Position numbers and translations under genes: made by a program
Notes under the pieces: generated by a model
Told to the model about the DNA's origin: nothing
Database searches by the model: none
What the model saw: only the letters and a program-made list of their open reading frames with translations
Source: an uncultured Syntrophaceae bacterium
GTDB lineage: Bacteria > Desulfobacterota > Syntrophia > Syntrophales > UBA8958
DNA length: 64,000 nucleotides
Reading direction: 5' to 3'
Assembly: GCA_964645835.1 (NCBI GenBank)
Contig: CAZYDG010000052.1
Span: forward strand, 23,877-87,876
Shown here: positions 1-9,815 of the stretch, one piece after another
Position numbering within the stretch: the first letter of the stretch is position 1
Layout of the letters: each line of letters starts with the position of its first letter

Positions 1-372
1 CAAAGCGGCCAATGGCTTTTTGAGGTATTGACTGCCACGGACGCCTGGATTGCAAAGAATTCCGATCTGGCGATCCGTCTCTTGAGAGCGCTCAACCAGG
101 CCGACATGTATATCTATCATAATCCGCAAGAGGCCAAGTTGATCGTTCGGAAACGTCTCAACCTGGACGCTGCATCCGTCGATAGGATCTGGTCGCGGAA
201 CTATTTTTCCCTCTCCCTTGACCAATCGCTCATTCATGCCATGGAAGATGAAGCGCGCTGGATGATCAGAAACAACATGACCACTGAAAAAACCGTTCCG
301 GATTTTACAAAATATATCTATTCCGACGGCCTCAAGTCGGTAAAACCGGAAGCGGTGAACATCATTCACTAA
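1..372 (+). CDS. ABC-type substrate-binding protein (NitT/TauT/SsuA-like), 3' part only
   Basis: C-terminal segment ending FSLSLDQSLIHAMEDEARW...PDFTKYIYSDGLKSVKPEAVNII, typical of SsuA/NMT1-like SBPs; cut by the window edge. Confidence 0.7.
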   Translation, partial: QSGQWLFEVLTATDAWIAKNSDLAIRLLRALNQADMYIYHNPQEAKLIVRKRLNLDAASVDRIWSRNYFSLSLDQSLIHAMEDEARWMIRNNMTTEKTVPDFTKYIYSDGLKSVKPEAVNIIH

Positions 373-385
373 AGGGAATTCGGTC

Positions 386-2683
386 ATGAGACTTCGTACA
401 CAATTCGTAATCACCATGCTTCTGTTTACCGTCGTCCTGGCCATTATTGCAGCCTCGGCAATCATCACCAATCAATGGGTGGCAAAGGTGAGAGAACAGG
501 ATAGAATCGCCGTGGATATCGCCAGGGGTGCAAGTGAACTCGGCTACTTGTCCAACGAGTATTTGATTTATCATGAGGGCCAGCAACTCCGGCGATGGCA
601 GGATAAGTTGGCTTTGTTTGCCAAACAAGTAAGCTCTTTGAATGTGGATAAGCCGGAACAGCAGCAACTTGTCGCGAATATAAAAACAAATCATAACCGG
701 ATGAAAGAGGTATTTGCCAGTGTGATAGCTTCACAGGAAAGCCGGTCCCGGAAGCAAAATGAAATCATCGATCCGGAGTATCTTCGTGTCTCATGGAGCC
801 GGATGGCAGTCCAGACGCAGGGGCTGATGTCGGATGCGCTGCATCTGTCACACTTGTTGGATCAGCAGGAGAGCCGTCTGAAGCAGGCACGGGAATTTCT
901 TCTCTATTCCCTTGTGGCTTTGTTCGGCCTGTTTATTTTCACTAATTATATGCTGACTTATCGCCGCATCCTGAAATCCATTGCAGCGTTGCGGGCCGGA
1001 ACCGCCGTCATCGGCGCCGGTAATCTTGATTTTGCCATCAGTGAAACTGAGGATAATGAAATCGGGGATCTCTACCAAGACTTCAACCGTATGACGACCG
1101 ATCTGAAAACCATAACCGCATCCAAAACGGACCTTGAGAGGGAAATTACGGAACGCAAGCGGGTAGCGGAGGAACTGGAACGGCAGCGCAAATGGCTTAG
1201 TGTCACCCTGGCGAGCATCGGTGACGCAGTGATTGCAACAGATACATCAGGGCGGATCACATTCATCAACCCCATAGCCCAGTCTTTAACCGGCTGGCAT
1301 GATGAAGAGGCCTTGGGCCAACCTATTCAGGGCGTTTTCCGGATCATTAACGAGGCAAGCGGCAAGCCGGGGGAGGATATGGTGGCACGTGTGCTCTCTG
1401 AGAAGGCCATTGTCGCCATGGCCAATTACACCGCCCTGATCTCCAGAGAGGGACGGCTGATCCCCATTGAGGACAGCGCTGCACCGATCAAGAAAAGCGA
1501 TGGCAGCGTCATCGGCGTCGTCATTGTCTTCCATGACGTGACCGAAAAGCGGAAGACTCAGGATGAGTTGCAAAGAAGCGAAGCAATGCTGCGAACCGTG
1601 CTGGAACAAATGCCTTCGGGTGTGACCGTCAGAGACGCCATTACGGGTACGCTCATCCTTTCCAACACTCATAGCAAGGAAATCTTAGGGCAACTGGTCG
1701 GCACCCCCGGACAATTTGCCGAATACCGGGGTTGCTATCCCGACGGACGTCCATACAAATCAGAAGATTGGCCGCTCAGCCGCTCCATTGCAACCGGCGA
1801 AATAGTATACGCGGAAGAGATATGGTGCGAACGGAACGACGGTACTAATATTATCATAAGCGTCAATTCAGCGCCCGTTCGCGATTCGCAAGGACAAATT
1901 GTCATTGGCGTCAGCATTTTTCAAGACATCACTGAGCGCAAACTGGCGGAAGATCGACTGGCACAACAGGCGGCACAACTTCAGGAACGCTCCGCCCAAC
2001 TTGAAGAAATCAATAAGGAGTTGGAGAGTTTCAGCTATTCAGTGTCCCATGATCTCCGTGCTCCGCTTCGCGCTATTGATGGATTTTCACGAATGATACT
2101 CAAGCACAAGGGCGCCAACTTTGATGAAGATACCCTGAGAAAATTTAATACCATCAGATCGAATGCCCAGCAAATGGGACAGCTTATTGACGATCTGCTT
2201 AATCTTTCGCGCCTGGGTAAGCAGGAAATGGCCCGTGCAAAGCTCAATATGGTTGATCTGGCCAACGAGGTCTGGAACGAGTTGCAGGTGATTAATCCGG
2301 ACGGGATCATGGAATTGACCGTCGGTGACATGCCATATGCCTATGGAGACAGGACGCTGCTCAAACAGGTGTATATCAATCTTCTGGGAAATGCCGTGAA
2401 GTTCACAAAAAGATCCGTCGTCCCGACGATTAATGTTGGGGGCTATTCCACCGGACCCGAGAATGTTTATTATGTAAAGGACAATGGCGCCGGTTTTGAT
2501 ATGGCGCATTATGATAAATTATTTTGTGTGTTTCAGCGTCTGCATTCTACAGACAATTATGAAGGCACGGGCATCGGCCTGGCGATTGTCCAGCGCATTG
2601 TCCACCGCCACGGCGGGCGAGTCTGGGCGGAAGGCGAAGTGGGTAAAGGTGCAACCTTTTATTTGACCCTACCGGGAGAATGA
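386..2683 (+). CDS. Membrane sensor histidine kinase (2 TM, HAMP, 2 PAS, HisKA, HATPase)
   Basis: H-box SYSVSHDLRAPL, N-box NLLGNAVKF, G-boxes DNGAGF and GTGIGL. Confidence 0.92.
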   Translation: MRLRTQFVITMLLFTVVLAIIAASAIITNQWVAKVREQDRIAVDIARGASELGYLSNEYLIYHEGQQLRRWQDKLALFAKQVSSLNVDKPEQQQLVANIKTNHNRMKEVFASVIASQESRSRKQNEIIDPEYLRVSWSRMAVQTQGLMSDALHLSHLLDQQESRLKQAREFLLYSLVALFGLFIFTNYMLTYRRILKSIAALRAGTAVIGAGNLDFAISETEDNEIGDLYQDFNRMTTDLKTITASKTDLEREITERKRVAEELERQRKWLSVTLASIGDAVIATDTSGRITFINPIAQSLTGWHDEEALGQPIQGVFRIINEASGKPGEDMVARVLSEKAIVAMANYTALISREGRLIPIEDSAAPIKKSDGSVIGVVIVFHDVTEKRKTQDELQRSEAMLRTVLEQMPSGVTVRDAITGTLILSNTHSKEILGQLVGTPGQFAEYRGCYPDGRPYKSEDWPLSRSIATGEIVYAEEIWCERNDGTNIIISVNSAPVRDSQGQIVIGVSIFQDITERKLAEDRLAQQAAQLQERSAQLEEINKELESFSYSVSHDLRAPLRAIDGFSRMILKHKGANFDEDTLRKFNTIRSNAQQMGQLIDDLLNLSRLGKQEMARAKLNMVDLANEVWNELQVINPDGIMELTVGDMPYAYGDRTLLKQVYINLLGNAVKFTKRSVVPTINVGGYSTGPENVYYVKDNGAGFDMAHYDKLFCVFQRLHSTDNYEGTGIGLAIVQRIVHRHGGRVWAEGEVGKGATFYLTLPGE

Positions 2684-2730
2684 AAAGGGTCAATTGACAG
2701 AAGGTTGCTCTTTATGAAATATGGAATTTC

Positions 2731-5700
2731 ATGGAGACACCGACCCCACCGAAAAAAATCCTGGCCGCCAAGGCGCAAAGGATTCCACGCATAAGCTACG
2801 ACGTTAAGCTTCCGATCACAGGCAGGAAGGATGATATAATCCGCTCCATCCGGGATCACCAAGTGACTATTCTAACTGGTGAGACTGGTTCGGGCAAGAC
2901 AACGCAGCTCCCCAAGATGTGCCTGGAGGCAGGCCGGGGACGGACGGGCCTCATCGGTTGCACCCAACCCCGCCGGGTGGCCGCCGTCACCGTGGCGACG
3001 CGCCTTGCCGAAGAGCTTGGCGAGGATATTGGGAGCACGGTCGCCTACAAGATCCGTTTCGATGAGAAAACAGGGCCAAAACCCCTCATCAAGATCATGA
3101 CGGACGGCATCCTCCTGATCGAAGCCCAATCGGACCGTCTCCTGCGCCGTTATGACACCATCATCGTGGACGAGGCCCATGAGCGAAGCCTCAATATAGA
3201 CTTCGTCCTGGGCATTCTCAAATTGATCCTTCCCAAGCGTCCAGATCTGAAGATCATCATAACATCAGCCACCCTCGATACGGAAAAGTTCTCTACGGCC
3301 TTCAATAAAGCCCCCATCATTGAAGTTTCCGGCCGTATGTATCCCGTCGATGTGAAATGGCAGCCCATGGACCCCGATCTTGAGGAAAGCGGCGAATTTA
3401 CTTATATCGACGCTGCTGTAGACGCCGCAACAAGCATTCTCGACCGTCGTGAGCGCGGCGATATGCTTATCTTCATGCCGACAGAACAGGATATATGGGA
3501 AACCTGCGAAAGCCTCGAAGGCCGGCATGGAAAGGACGCCGTAATCCTGCCCCTGTTTGCCAGACTGCCCTGGCATGAACAAAAAAAGGTTTTTCAATCT
3601 GCTGCCTTGTCCAAGATCATCGTTGCCACCAACGTGGCGGAAACATCACTTACTATCCCCAATATCCGCTACGTCATCGACACTGGATTGGCGCGGATTT
3701 CCTATTACAATGCCCGGACCCGTACGGCAAGTCTGCCTATTCGCCCCATATCCCGTAGCAGCGCCGATCAGCGCATGGGGCGGTGCGGCCGCGTCCGGCA
3801 TGGCATCTGCATTCGTCTATACAGCGAAGATGATTATCTGACACGCCCCCTTTATACACCACCGGAGATCCTGCGGTCGAACCTTGCAGGTGTTATCCTT
3901 CAGATGCTGTTATTGAAACTGGGAGACATTTTCGATTTTCCATTCATAGACCAGCCTCAAAGAAAGAACATAGCAGATGCCCTGGACATCCTCCAGGAAC
4001 TGGGGACCATACAGAAGCCAATCCGGAGAGACCTCCGGGAAAACGGTCCTCAACCCTTTGTCCTGACGGAACAGGGCCGGGCCATGGCCCGCCTGCCCAT
4101 CGACCCCAGGGTATCACGCATCATCCTGGAAGGCAGCCGCCGGGGCTGCCTGGATGAGGCAGCCGTCATCGCCGCCGCTTTAAGTATCGTAGACCCCCGT
4201 GAAAGGCCACAGGACAAAAAAGCTCAATCCGATCAGATGCACGCACCCTTCAAGGACCTCACATCGGATTTTATGACCCTCCTTCGGATATGGACCAAAT
4301 TCCACACCAACCTCGACAACCTCAAAACGCAGAGCAAGATGCGCAAGTTCTGTCACGACCATTTTCTGTCTTACAAGCGCATGCGGGAATGGCGGGACAT
4401 CTACAAACAGATTACCCAAATCATTGAAGAAGGCCCACAGGACATTGCTTCCCGGGAAACCTCCGCTCAACCAACAGAGGATATGAACACCGCGATTCAT
4501 AAGTCAATTCTCAGTGGCTTTCTCGGCAATATCGCCCAGAAGAAAGAAAAGAATCTTTATTACGGGGCTAAGGGCCGGGAGCCCATGATCTTCCCCGGCT
4601 CGGCCCTCTTCAACCATGGCGGCCCCTGGATCGTAGCGGCGGAGATGGTGGAGACGTCACGCCTGTATGCACGTATTGCCGCCAATATCGAGCCGGACTG
4701 GATTGAAGAAATCGGGAAGGTTTTTTGCCGTTCAACTTATTCGGACCCGCACTGGGAGAAGAACCGGGAAGACGTCGTGGCCAGCGAGAAGGTAACCCTC
4801 TTCGGCCTCACAATCATTCCCAAGCGGTCCGTCTCCTTCAGCAGGATAAATCCCGAAGAAGCGTCAGCCCTTTTCATCAGGCAAGGTCTCATCCCTGGTG
4901 AACTGAAGAGCGCCTTGGCCTTTTTACGCCATAACCTGGCCCTTGTCAAACGCCTGCAGGACATGGAAAACAAGACCCGTCACCACGATGTGATCGATGA
5001 AGAGGCCATTTTTCAGTTTTATGCAACGCGTCTTCCCGCCATTGCCAATGTGAGCGGCCTGAAGAAATTAATCCATAAAAGGGGCTCCGATCTCTTTCTT
5101 CGGATGACCGAAGAGGATATTATCCTGCAGTCGCCCGATCATGAGATCTTGGCCACTTACCCCGATCAGGCCCTTGTCGACGGGGTTCCCCTCCGTCTGT
5201 CCTACCGGTTCGAACCGGGTAAAATTCACGACGGCGTGACGATGACAATCCCCTCGGCCCTGCTTCCCGATCTCTCACCTAATGATCTCGACTGGGCAGT
5301 TCCCGGCATTCTGAAAGACAAGATTCACGGCCTTCTGAAAGGGCTGCCGAAGGAATACCGGAAAAAGCTGCCTCCCCTGCCGTCCCTTTGCGATCTTGTG
5401 CTCAAAGAGATGAAGCGGGGCGACAACTCGCTCCTGACCAATATGGGGCGATTTATCCACGACCGGTTCGGTATTTCCATCCCCGCCGCCGCATGGCCGA
5501 CAGATCAACTGCCCGATCACCTGCGGATGCGCCTGGAGGTCATTGACGAAAAGGCCCATGTCTTGTCCGCAAGCCGCGATATTTCAGCCCTGCAAAAGAC
5601 CATCCTTACCGGCGAGGAATCATCAGCTTTTGAAACGGCACGCCGTTTATGGGAGAGAGAAGGATTTACATCATGGGATGTGGACGAAATTCCCGAATCC

Positions 5701-6540
5701 ATCCCTCTGAAGGCGGGGAATATCACCGCAGGATACGCCTTTCCGGCCCTTGAGGCCCATGAGGGTGGAGTAAGACTTCATCTTTTCAAAAACAGATCCG
5801 ACGCCCTCCGGCACCACCGGGCAGGAGTTCTGAGGCTTTATGAAATTCTGTATCAGGAAGACCTGCGCCACCTTAAAAAGGCCCTCGCCATTACCGGTAA
5901 CTGGAAGATATGGGCTCCCGCCTTCGGCGGCGTCAAGGCCATCGAAAAGAGGCTCTATGAAAAGGTAATGGAGGATCTTTTTTCTGCCTCTGTGCGTACC
6001 AGGACCGACTTCGAACGCCATGGCGGCGAATCCCGCAAAAAAATGCTGATCCGGGCAACCGAAATTATTCGCTTGGCCGCCCCCGTCGTGGAGGCCTATG
6101 CCGGAACCGTCGCCGTCCTTGACCGTCTGGAAAAGGCCAACGCCAAAAGCGTCACGGTCAGGCAGTTTATATCTGATCTTCGGCGCGAGCTTTCTTCCCT
6201 GGTACCCATCCCATTTCTCCAGATATACACTGAAGACCGCCTGAACGATGTGATCCGTTATCTCAGGGCTTTGACGATCCGGGCAGAACGGGGTCTTGTC
6301 CACCTCGAAAAAGACGCCATCAAGTGGGCGGAGGTTAAGGTCTATGTGGATAAACTAAAAGATATCCGCAGTGAAGTACATGATGGGTCGTCACCGGACA
6401 GGAAGGAGGCCGTGGAGGCTCTGGCCTGGATGATTGAGGAATTCAAAGTCTCCATATTTGCCCAAGAGTTGAAGACGCCCTACCCCATCTCGAAAAAACG
6501 CTTGAACGAAAAGATCACGGACATTGAAATGATGGAATAG
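2731..6540 (+). CDS. hrpA: ATP-dependent RNA helicase HrpA
   Basis: GETGSGKTTQLPK, TQPRR, DEAH, SAT, QRMGRCGR and C-terminal WMIEEFKVSIFAQEL; 1269 aa. Confidence 0.95.
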   Translation: METPTPPKKILAAKAQRIPRISYDVKLPITGRKDDIIRSIRDHQVTILTGETGSGKTTQLPKMCLEAGRGRTGLIGCTQPRRVAAVTVATRLAEELGEDIGSTVAYKIRFDEKTGPKPLIKIMTDGILLIEAQSDRLLRRYDTIIVDEAHERSLNIDFVLGILKLILPKRPDLKIIITSATLDTEKFSTAFNKAPIIEVSGRMYPVDVKWQPMDPDLEESGEFTYIDAAVDAATSILDRRERGDMLIFMPTEQDIWETCESLEGRHGKDAVILPLFARLPWHEQKKVFQSAALSKIIVATNVAETSLTIPNIRYVIDTGLARISYYNARTRTASLPIRPISRSSADQRMGRCGRVRHGICIRLYSEDDYLTRPLYTPPEILRSNLAGVILQMLLLKLGDIFDFPFIDQPQRKNIADALDILQELGTIQKPIRRDLRENGPQPFVLTEQGRAMARLPIDPRVSRIILEGSRRGCLDEAAVIAAALSIVDPRERPQDKKAQSDQMHAPFKDLTSDFMTLLRIWTKFHTNLDNLKTQSKMRKFCHDHFLSYKRMREWRDIYKQITQIIEEGPQDIASRETSAQPTEDMNTAIHKSILSGFLGNIAQKKEKNLYYGAKGREPMIFPGSALFNHGGPWIVAAEMVETSRLYARIAANIEPDWIEEIGKVFCRSTYSDPHWEKNREDVVASEKVTLFGLTIIPKRSVSFSRINPEEASALFIRQGLIPGELKSALAFLRHNLALVKRLQDMENKTRHHDVIDEEAIFQFYATRLPAIANVSGLKKLIHKRGSDLFLRMTEEDIILQSPDHEILATYPDQALVDGVPLRLSYRFEPGKIHDGVTMTIPSALLPDLSPNDLDWAVPGILKDKIHGLLKGLPKEYRKKLPPLPSLCDLVLKEMKRGDNSLLTNMGRFIHDRFGISIPAAAWPTDQLPDHLRMRLEVIDEKAHVLSASRDISALQKTILTGEESSAFETARRLWEREGFTSWDVDEIPESIPLKAGNITAGYAFPALEAHEGGVRLHLFKNRSDALRHHRAGVLRLYEILYQEDLRHLKKALAITGNWKIWAPAFGGVKAIEKRLYEKVMEDLFSASVRTRTDFERHGGESRKKMLIRATEIIRLAAPVVEAYAGTVAVLDRLEKANAKSVTVRQFISDLRRELSSLVPIPFLQIYTEDRLNDVIRYLRALTIRAERGLVHLEKDAIKWAEVKVYVDKLKDIRSEVHDGSSPDRKEAVEALAWMIEEFKVSIFAQELKTPYPISKKRLNEKITDIEMME

Positions 6541-6851
6541 CAAAGACTTTGGACTCTCAGGATAACGATTGACCTGTTGGCAAATCGGCTTATCTGTAAA
6601 TATATCGAAGCATTCCCCATGGAAGATTTCGGAAAGCTACTTTCCGTCGCCATTGCACATGGTAGTCCAGACAGACACATAAGGACTCCATTAGGCTGTT
6701 CACTTCTATTAAACTATCCCACAACATGATGAGGTTCCACCAGATACGGAGGGCAAACATGTCGTTTTATGCTTCTCCTACACTTGTTCCTATTACCATA
6801 AATACATGTTATTATATAGTTAATTAATAATTCTGATGCTCATTCATCTGT

Positions 6852-6866
6852 TGGCAGAGTCTTTGC
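6852..6866 (+). promoter_or_regulatory. Putative sigma54 (-24/-12) promoter
   Basis: TGGCAGAGTCTTTGC has GG and GC exactly 12 bp apart, with AT-rich DNA upstream. Confidence 0.6.
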
Positions 6867-6927
6867 TCTGGTTACTCACTATAATCAGACAAAAGTATTT
6901 TTCTGATAATAAATTGAGGGTAAAAAA

Positions 6928-7065
6928 ATGACCAGGCAAGAGATTCTAAAAGAAAAAGAAATCATATCATATATGATATTGGAAAAAATTCAAAATGCGC
7001 TAAAACCATACCAACTTGATGACTTGTTGGCACGACAAGCATGGTTAAGTTCAGAAATCAAATGA
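6928..7065 (+). CDS. Small hypothetical protein, 45 aa (not in the ORF track)
   Basis: GAGGG SD then ATG; MTRQEILKEKEIISYMILEKIQNALKPYQLDDLLARQAWLSSEIK*; lies downstream of the sigma54 motif. Confidence 0.45.
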   Translation: MTRQEILKEKEIISYMILEKIQNALKPYQLDDLLARQAWLSSEIK

Positions 7066-7255
7066 GAAAGCAATAACATAAAAATGGCCAGCTTTAATAT
7101 CAGAGACTTGCGGGCTAGTGATTGATATTATCTTTTTATTCTTCGCCTTGGACAGGAGTTTGCTCCAAACAGTTGAAGTCATTGGAAATCAACTGTGATG
7201 CCTTCCAATTGTTCTATACCACGCCGCACATGATAACACCCACGGAGACACAAGT

Positions 7256-7966
7256 ATGAAACACGTTATCCATACGTATCCAGGGGAAATGCACCGAAGC
7301 GGGCGTGCAGGCTGGTTACGTGCCGCCGTGCTCGGGTCAGACGATGCAATCGTATCAACCGCGAGCCTTATGATAGGTGTCACAGCATCATCCGCTTCAA
7401 TGGAAGTCATCCTGACCGCCGGCGTAGCGGGTCTTGTTGCAGGATCACTGTCGATGGCTGTTGGTGAATATGTTTCGGTTAGCTCGCAGCGCGATGCAGA
7501 ACAGGCGGACGTCGAGCGGGAAAAGCGGGAGCTTACAGGCCATCCACAAGCTGAACTACAGGAACTTGCAAAAATCTATGTGAAGCGAGGCCTTGATGAT
7601 GATCTCGCGATAAAAGTCGCTGAGCAACTCAGCACACATGATCGGCTTGGCGCACATATGCTGGATGAGCTCAGGATCGACCAAACATTCCTCTCGCGTC
7701 CTATACAAGCTGCTTGGATATCAGCTGCGAGTTTTGCGTTCTTCGCCTTGGTTCCAATTGTGGCTGTTCTCGTAGCACCAGCGGCTCTTCGCATCTTCGT
7801 GATCGCAGCTATCTCGTTGGTGTGCCTCGCGGCTCTCGGTGCGTTTGGCGGCTATCTCGGCGGCGCACCACTCGGTCGTGCATCGTTGCGCGTCATCCTC
7901 GGAGGCACTCTTGCAATGGCTGTGACCGCTGTAATCGGTAAAATCCTCGGCGTGTCCATAGGATAA
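7256..7966 (+). CDS. VIT1/CCC1 family Fe/Mn transporter
   Basis: WLRAAVLGSDDAIVS and AGSLSMAVGEYVSVSSQRD motifs. Confidence 0.92.
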   Translation: MKHVIHTYPGEMHRSGRAGWLRAAVLGSDDAIVSTASLMIGVTASSASMEVILTAGVAGLVAGSLSMAVGEYVSVSSQRDAEQADVEREKRELTGHPQAELQELAKIYVKRGLDDDLAIKVAEQLSTHDRLGAHMLDELRIDQTFLSRPIQAAWISAASFAFFALVPIVAVLVAPAALRIFVIAAISLVCLAALGAFGGYLGGAPLGRASLRVILGGTLAMAVTAVIGKILGVSIG

Positions 7967-8087
7967 AAGGATTGCTAGTTTCATTCATCAATTGTCAGAG
8001 GATAACGTAACCGAGTCCCTGACCGACTGGAACAATGAATTTTTATTCATTCGTTTATCTGAAGTTTTAAGATCTTTTTCACCCCCC

Positions 8088-8157
8088 TTGACAACAAAAA
8101 AACCATGATTATTTTTCTGCCAAAAACATGTAATGCCTCATAATATCAGCATGGTAG
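8088..8157 (+). promoter_or_regulatory. hsp20 operon promoter region (TTGACA plus conserved blocks)
   Basis: TTGACA at 8088; blocks TTGACAACAAAAAAACCATGATTATTTTTCT and ATAATATCAGCATGGTAG are identical in the inverted copy at about 59316-59384. Confidence 0.6.
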
Positions 8158-8197
8158 GCGGTATATTTATCAATAATAAATAGAGGAGGTTTTTGAT

Positions 8198-8638
8198 ATG
8201 TTTGGATCATCTATTGGGAGTTTCAGAATAGGGCCGTTTAGGGAACTGCAGCGTTTGCAGCGTGATATTAATCGTGCTTTCTCAGGACTTGATCCCTACC
8301 TTTCAGTACAGGAATATCCCGTGCTAAATATATGGGGGAGTTCTGATAACATCATTGTTACGGCCGAATTACCAGGTGTTAACCCCGATAAAATAAATAT
8401 TGCCGTAGTCAATGATAACCTGACTTTGAGCGGATCAAGGGATCCGGAGGTCTTAAAAGAAGATGAGGCAAGTCATAGGAATGAGCGTAATTTCGGCAAG
8501 TTTTCAAGAAACATAAATCTTCCATTCGGCGTGGATGCAGACAAAGTTGATGCCACTTATGAGAAAGGCATATTAACAATTTTTCTGCCGAGAGCAGAGA
8601 AAGAAAAGCCCAGGAAAATAAGCATTAAAGCATCGTAG
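8198..8638 (+). CDS. Hsp20/alpha-crystallin small heat-shock protein (A1)
   Basis: AELPGV, ERNFGKFSR, YEKGILTI; GGAGG SD. Confidence 0.93.
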   Translation: MFGSSIGSFRIGPFRELQRLQRDINRAFSGLDPYLSVQEYPVLNIWGSSDNIIVTAELPGVNPDKINIAVVNDNLTLSGSRDPEVLKEDEASHRNERNFGKFSRNINLPFGVDADKVDATYEKGILTIFLPRAEKEKPRKISIKAS

Positions 8639-8654
8639 AAAGGAGGTAATCAAT

Positions 8655-9059
8655 ATGTCAACCGAATCAAATGAGATGACTAAACGGGAAGTCCTTAACC
8701 CTGTTGAAACGGAAAGGACAAGAACACAAAAAGTCTATTCACCGCGAGTGGATATTTATGAGACTAAGGATACCATAGTTCTGATTGCCGATATGCCTGG
8801 TATTGACGAAAATACTGTGGATGTCACACTTGAAAAGAATATTTTGACGATAACGGGCGGTGTTCCGAACCCAAATTATGAAGGGTACTCAATTATTTAC
8901 TCGGAATATGAAACCGGTGATTATCAAAGGGCGTTTACAATTTCTGATGATGTGAATCAAGATAAGATTAACGCTACGGTAAAGAACGGCGTTTTAAAGG
9001 TAACCCTGCCTAAAGCAGAAAAAGTTAAAGCAAAGAAGATTGCTATTAAGGCAGCTTAA
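8655..9059 (+). CDS. Hsp20 small heat-shock protein (B1)
   Basis: PRVDIYE, ADMPGI, KNGVLKVTLPK. Confidence 0.93.
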   Translation: MSTESNEMTKREVLNPVETERTRTQKVYSPRVDIYETKDTIVLIADMPGIDENTVDVTLEKNILTITGGVPNPNYEGYSIIYSEYETGDYQRAFTISDDVNQDKINATVKNGVLKVTLPKAEKVKAKKIAIKAA

Positions 9060-9086
9060 TATCGTTTTAACTGAAAGGAGAAAAAA

Positions 9087-9593
9087 ATGGCTATTAGAGA
9101 TTTTTTGCCTTCGGTCTGGAAGAAGGGCGATCTAATTTCGAACAGGACAGAAGACCATCCTCTTTACTCCCTTCAGAAGGAAATGAACAGCATATTTGAC
9201 AATTTTTTCAGGGGGTTTGATCCGATATTTCTCGGAAGAGAATATGACGGTTTTGGAAATTTTTCTCCGTCAATTGATGTTAAAGAGAATAACAACGATG
9301 TTATAATCAAGGTGGAACTTCCTGGAATGGATGAAAAAGATGTAGATGTATCGCTTACTCAAAATATCCTGACAGTCAAGGGGGAAAAGAAGGAAGAAAA
9401 AGAAGATAAAAACAAGGATTTTTATCGTATGGAAAGACGATATGGCTCTTTCAGTCGTTCCATACCACTTCCGACAGGAATAAAGTCGGAGAAGGCTGAG
9501 GCGGTATTCAAGAAAGGCGTCTTAACGATAACCGTCCCAAAATCGGATGAAGCCAAATCGAAAGTGAAGAAGATTGAGGTAAAAACACAATAA
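9087..9593 (+). CDS. Hsp20 small heat-shock protein (C)
   Basis: PSIDVKE, ELPGM, ERRYGSFSRSIPLP, KKGVLTITVPK. Confidence 0.93.
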   Translation: MAIRDFLPSVWKKGDLISNRTEDHPLYSLQKEMNSIFDNFFRGFDPIFLGREYDGFGNFSPSIDVKENNNDVIIKVELPGMDEKDVDVSLTQNILTVKGEKKEEKEDKNKDFYRMERRYGSFSRSIPLPTGIKSEKAEAVFKKGVLTITVPKSDEAKSKVKKIEVKTQ

Positions 9594-9619
9594 CTTATAA
9601 ATTTCCGAACGGATCGTAT

Positions 9620-9645
9620 TCCTGCCGTTCTCAGGAGCGGCAGGA
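9620..9645 (+). terminator. GC-rich stem-loop after hsp20C
   Basis: TCCTGCCGTTC-TCAG-GAGCGGCAGGA; no strong U tract. Confidence 0.5.
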
Positions 9646-9647
9646 GT

Positions 9648-9815
9648 ACTGTTGTCGTTTCCGAAAGCTCAATAGTAAGAGTCTTTGGTACCGGAGAGAT
9701 TGTTTCAGAAATTATACCAGAGATTTGGCTGCTATTACGTTATAGTCTACACATGGAAGGTCATTATTCTGAACGCACCAATGACCGTTGAACAGTTATC
9801 AGCAAGGATAAATAG
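9648..9815 (+). pseudogene. 3' remnant of a diadenylate cyclase gene (paralog of 57680-58315)
   Basis: Translates TVVVSESSIVRVFGTGEIVSEIIPEIWLLLRYSLHMEGHYSERTNDR*TVISKDK*, matching the intact copy VVVSESSIVRVFDNGEIISEIIPEIWLLSRYSLHMEGHYSERSGDHLTVVSKDT*. Confidence 0.88.
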
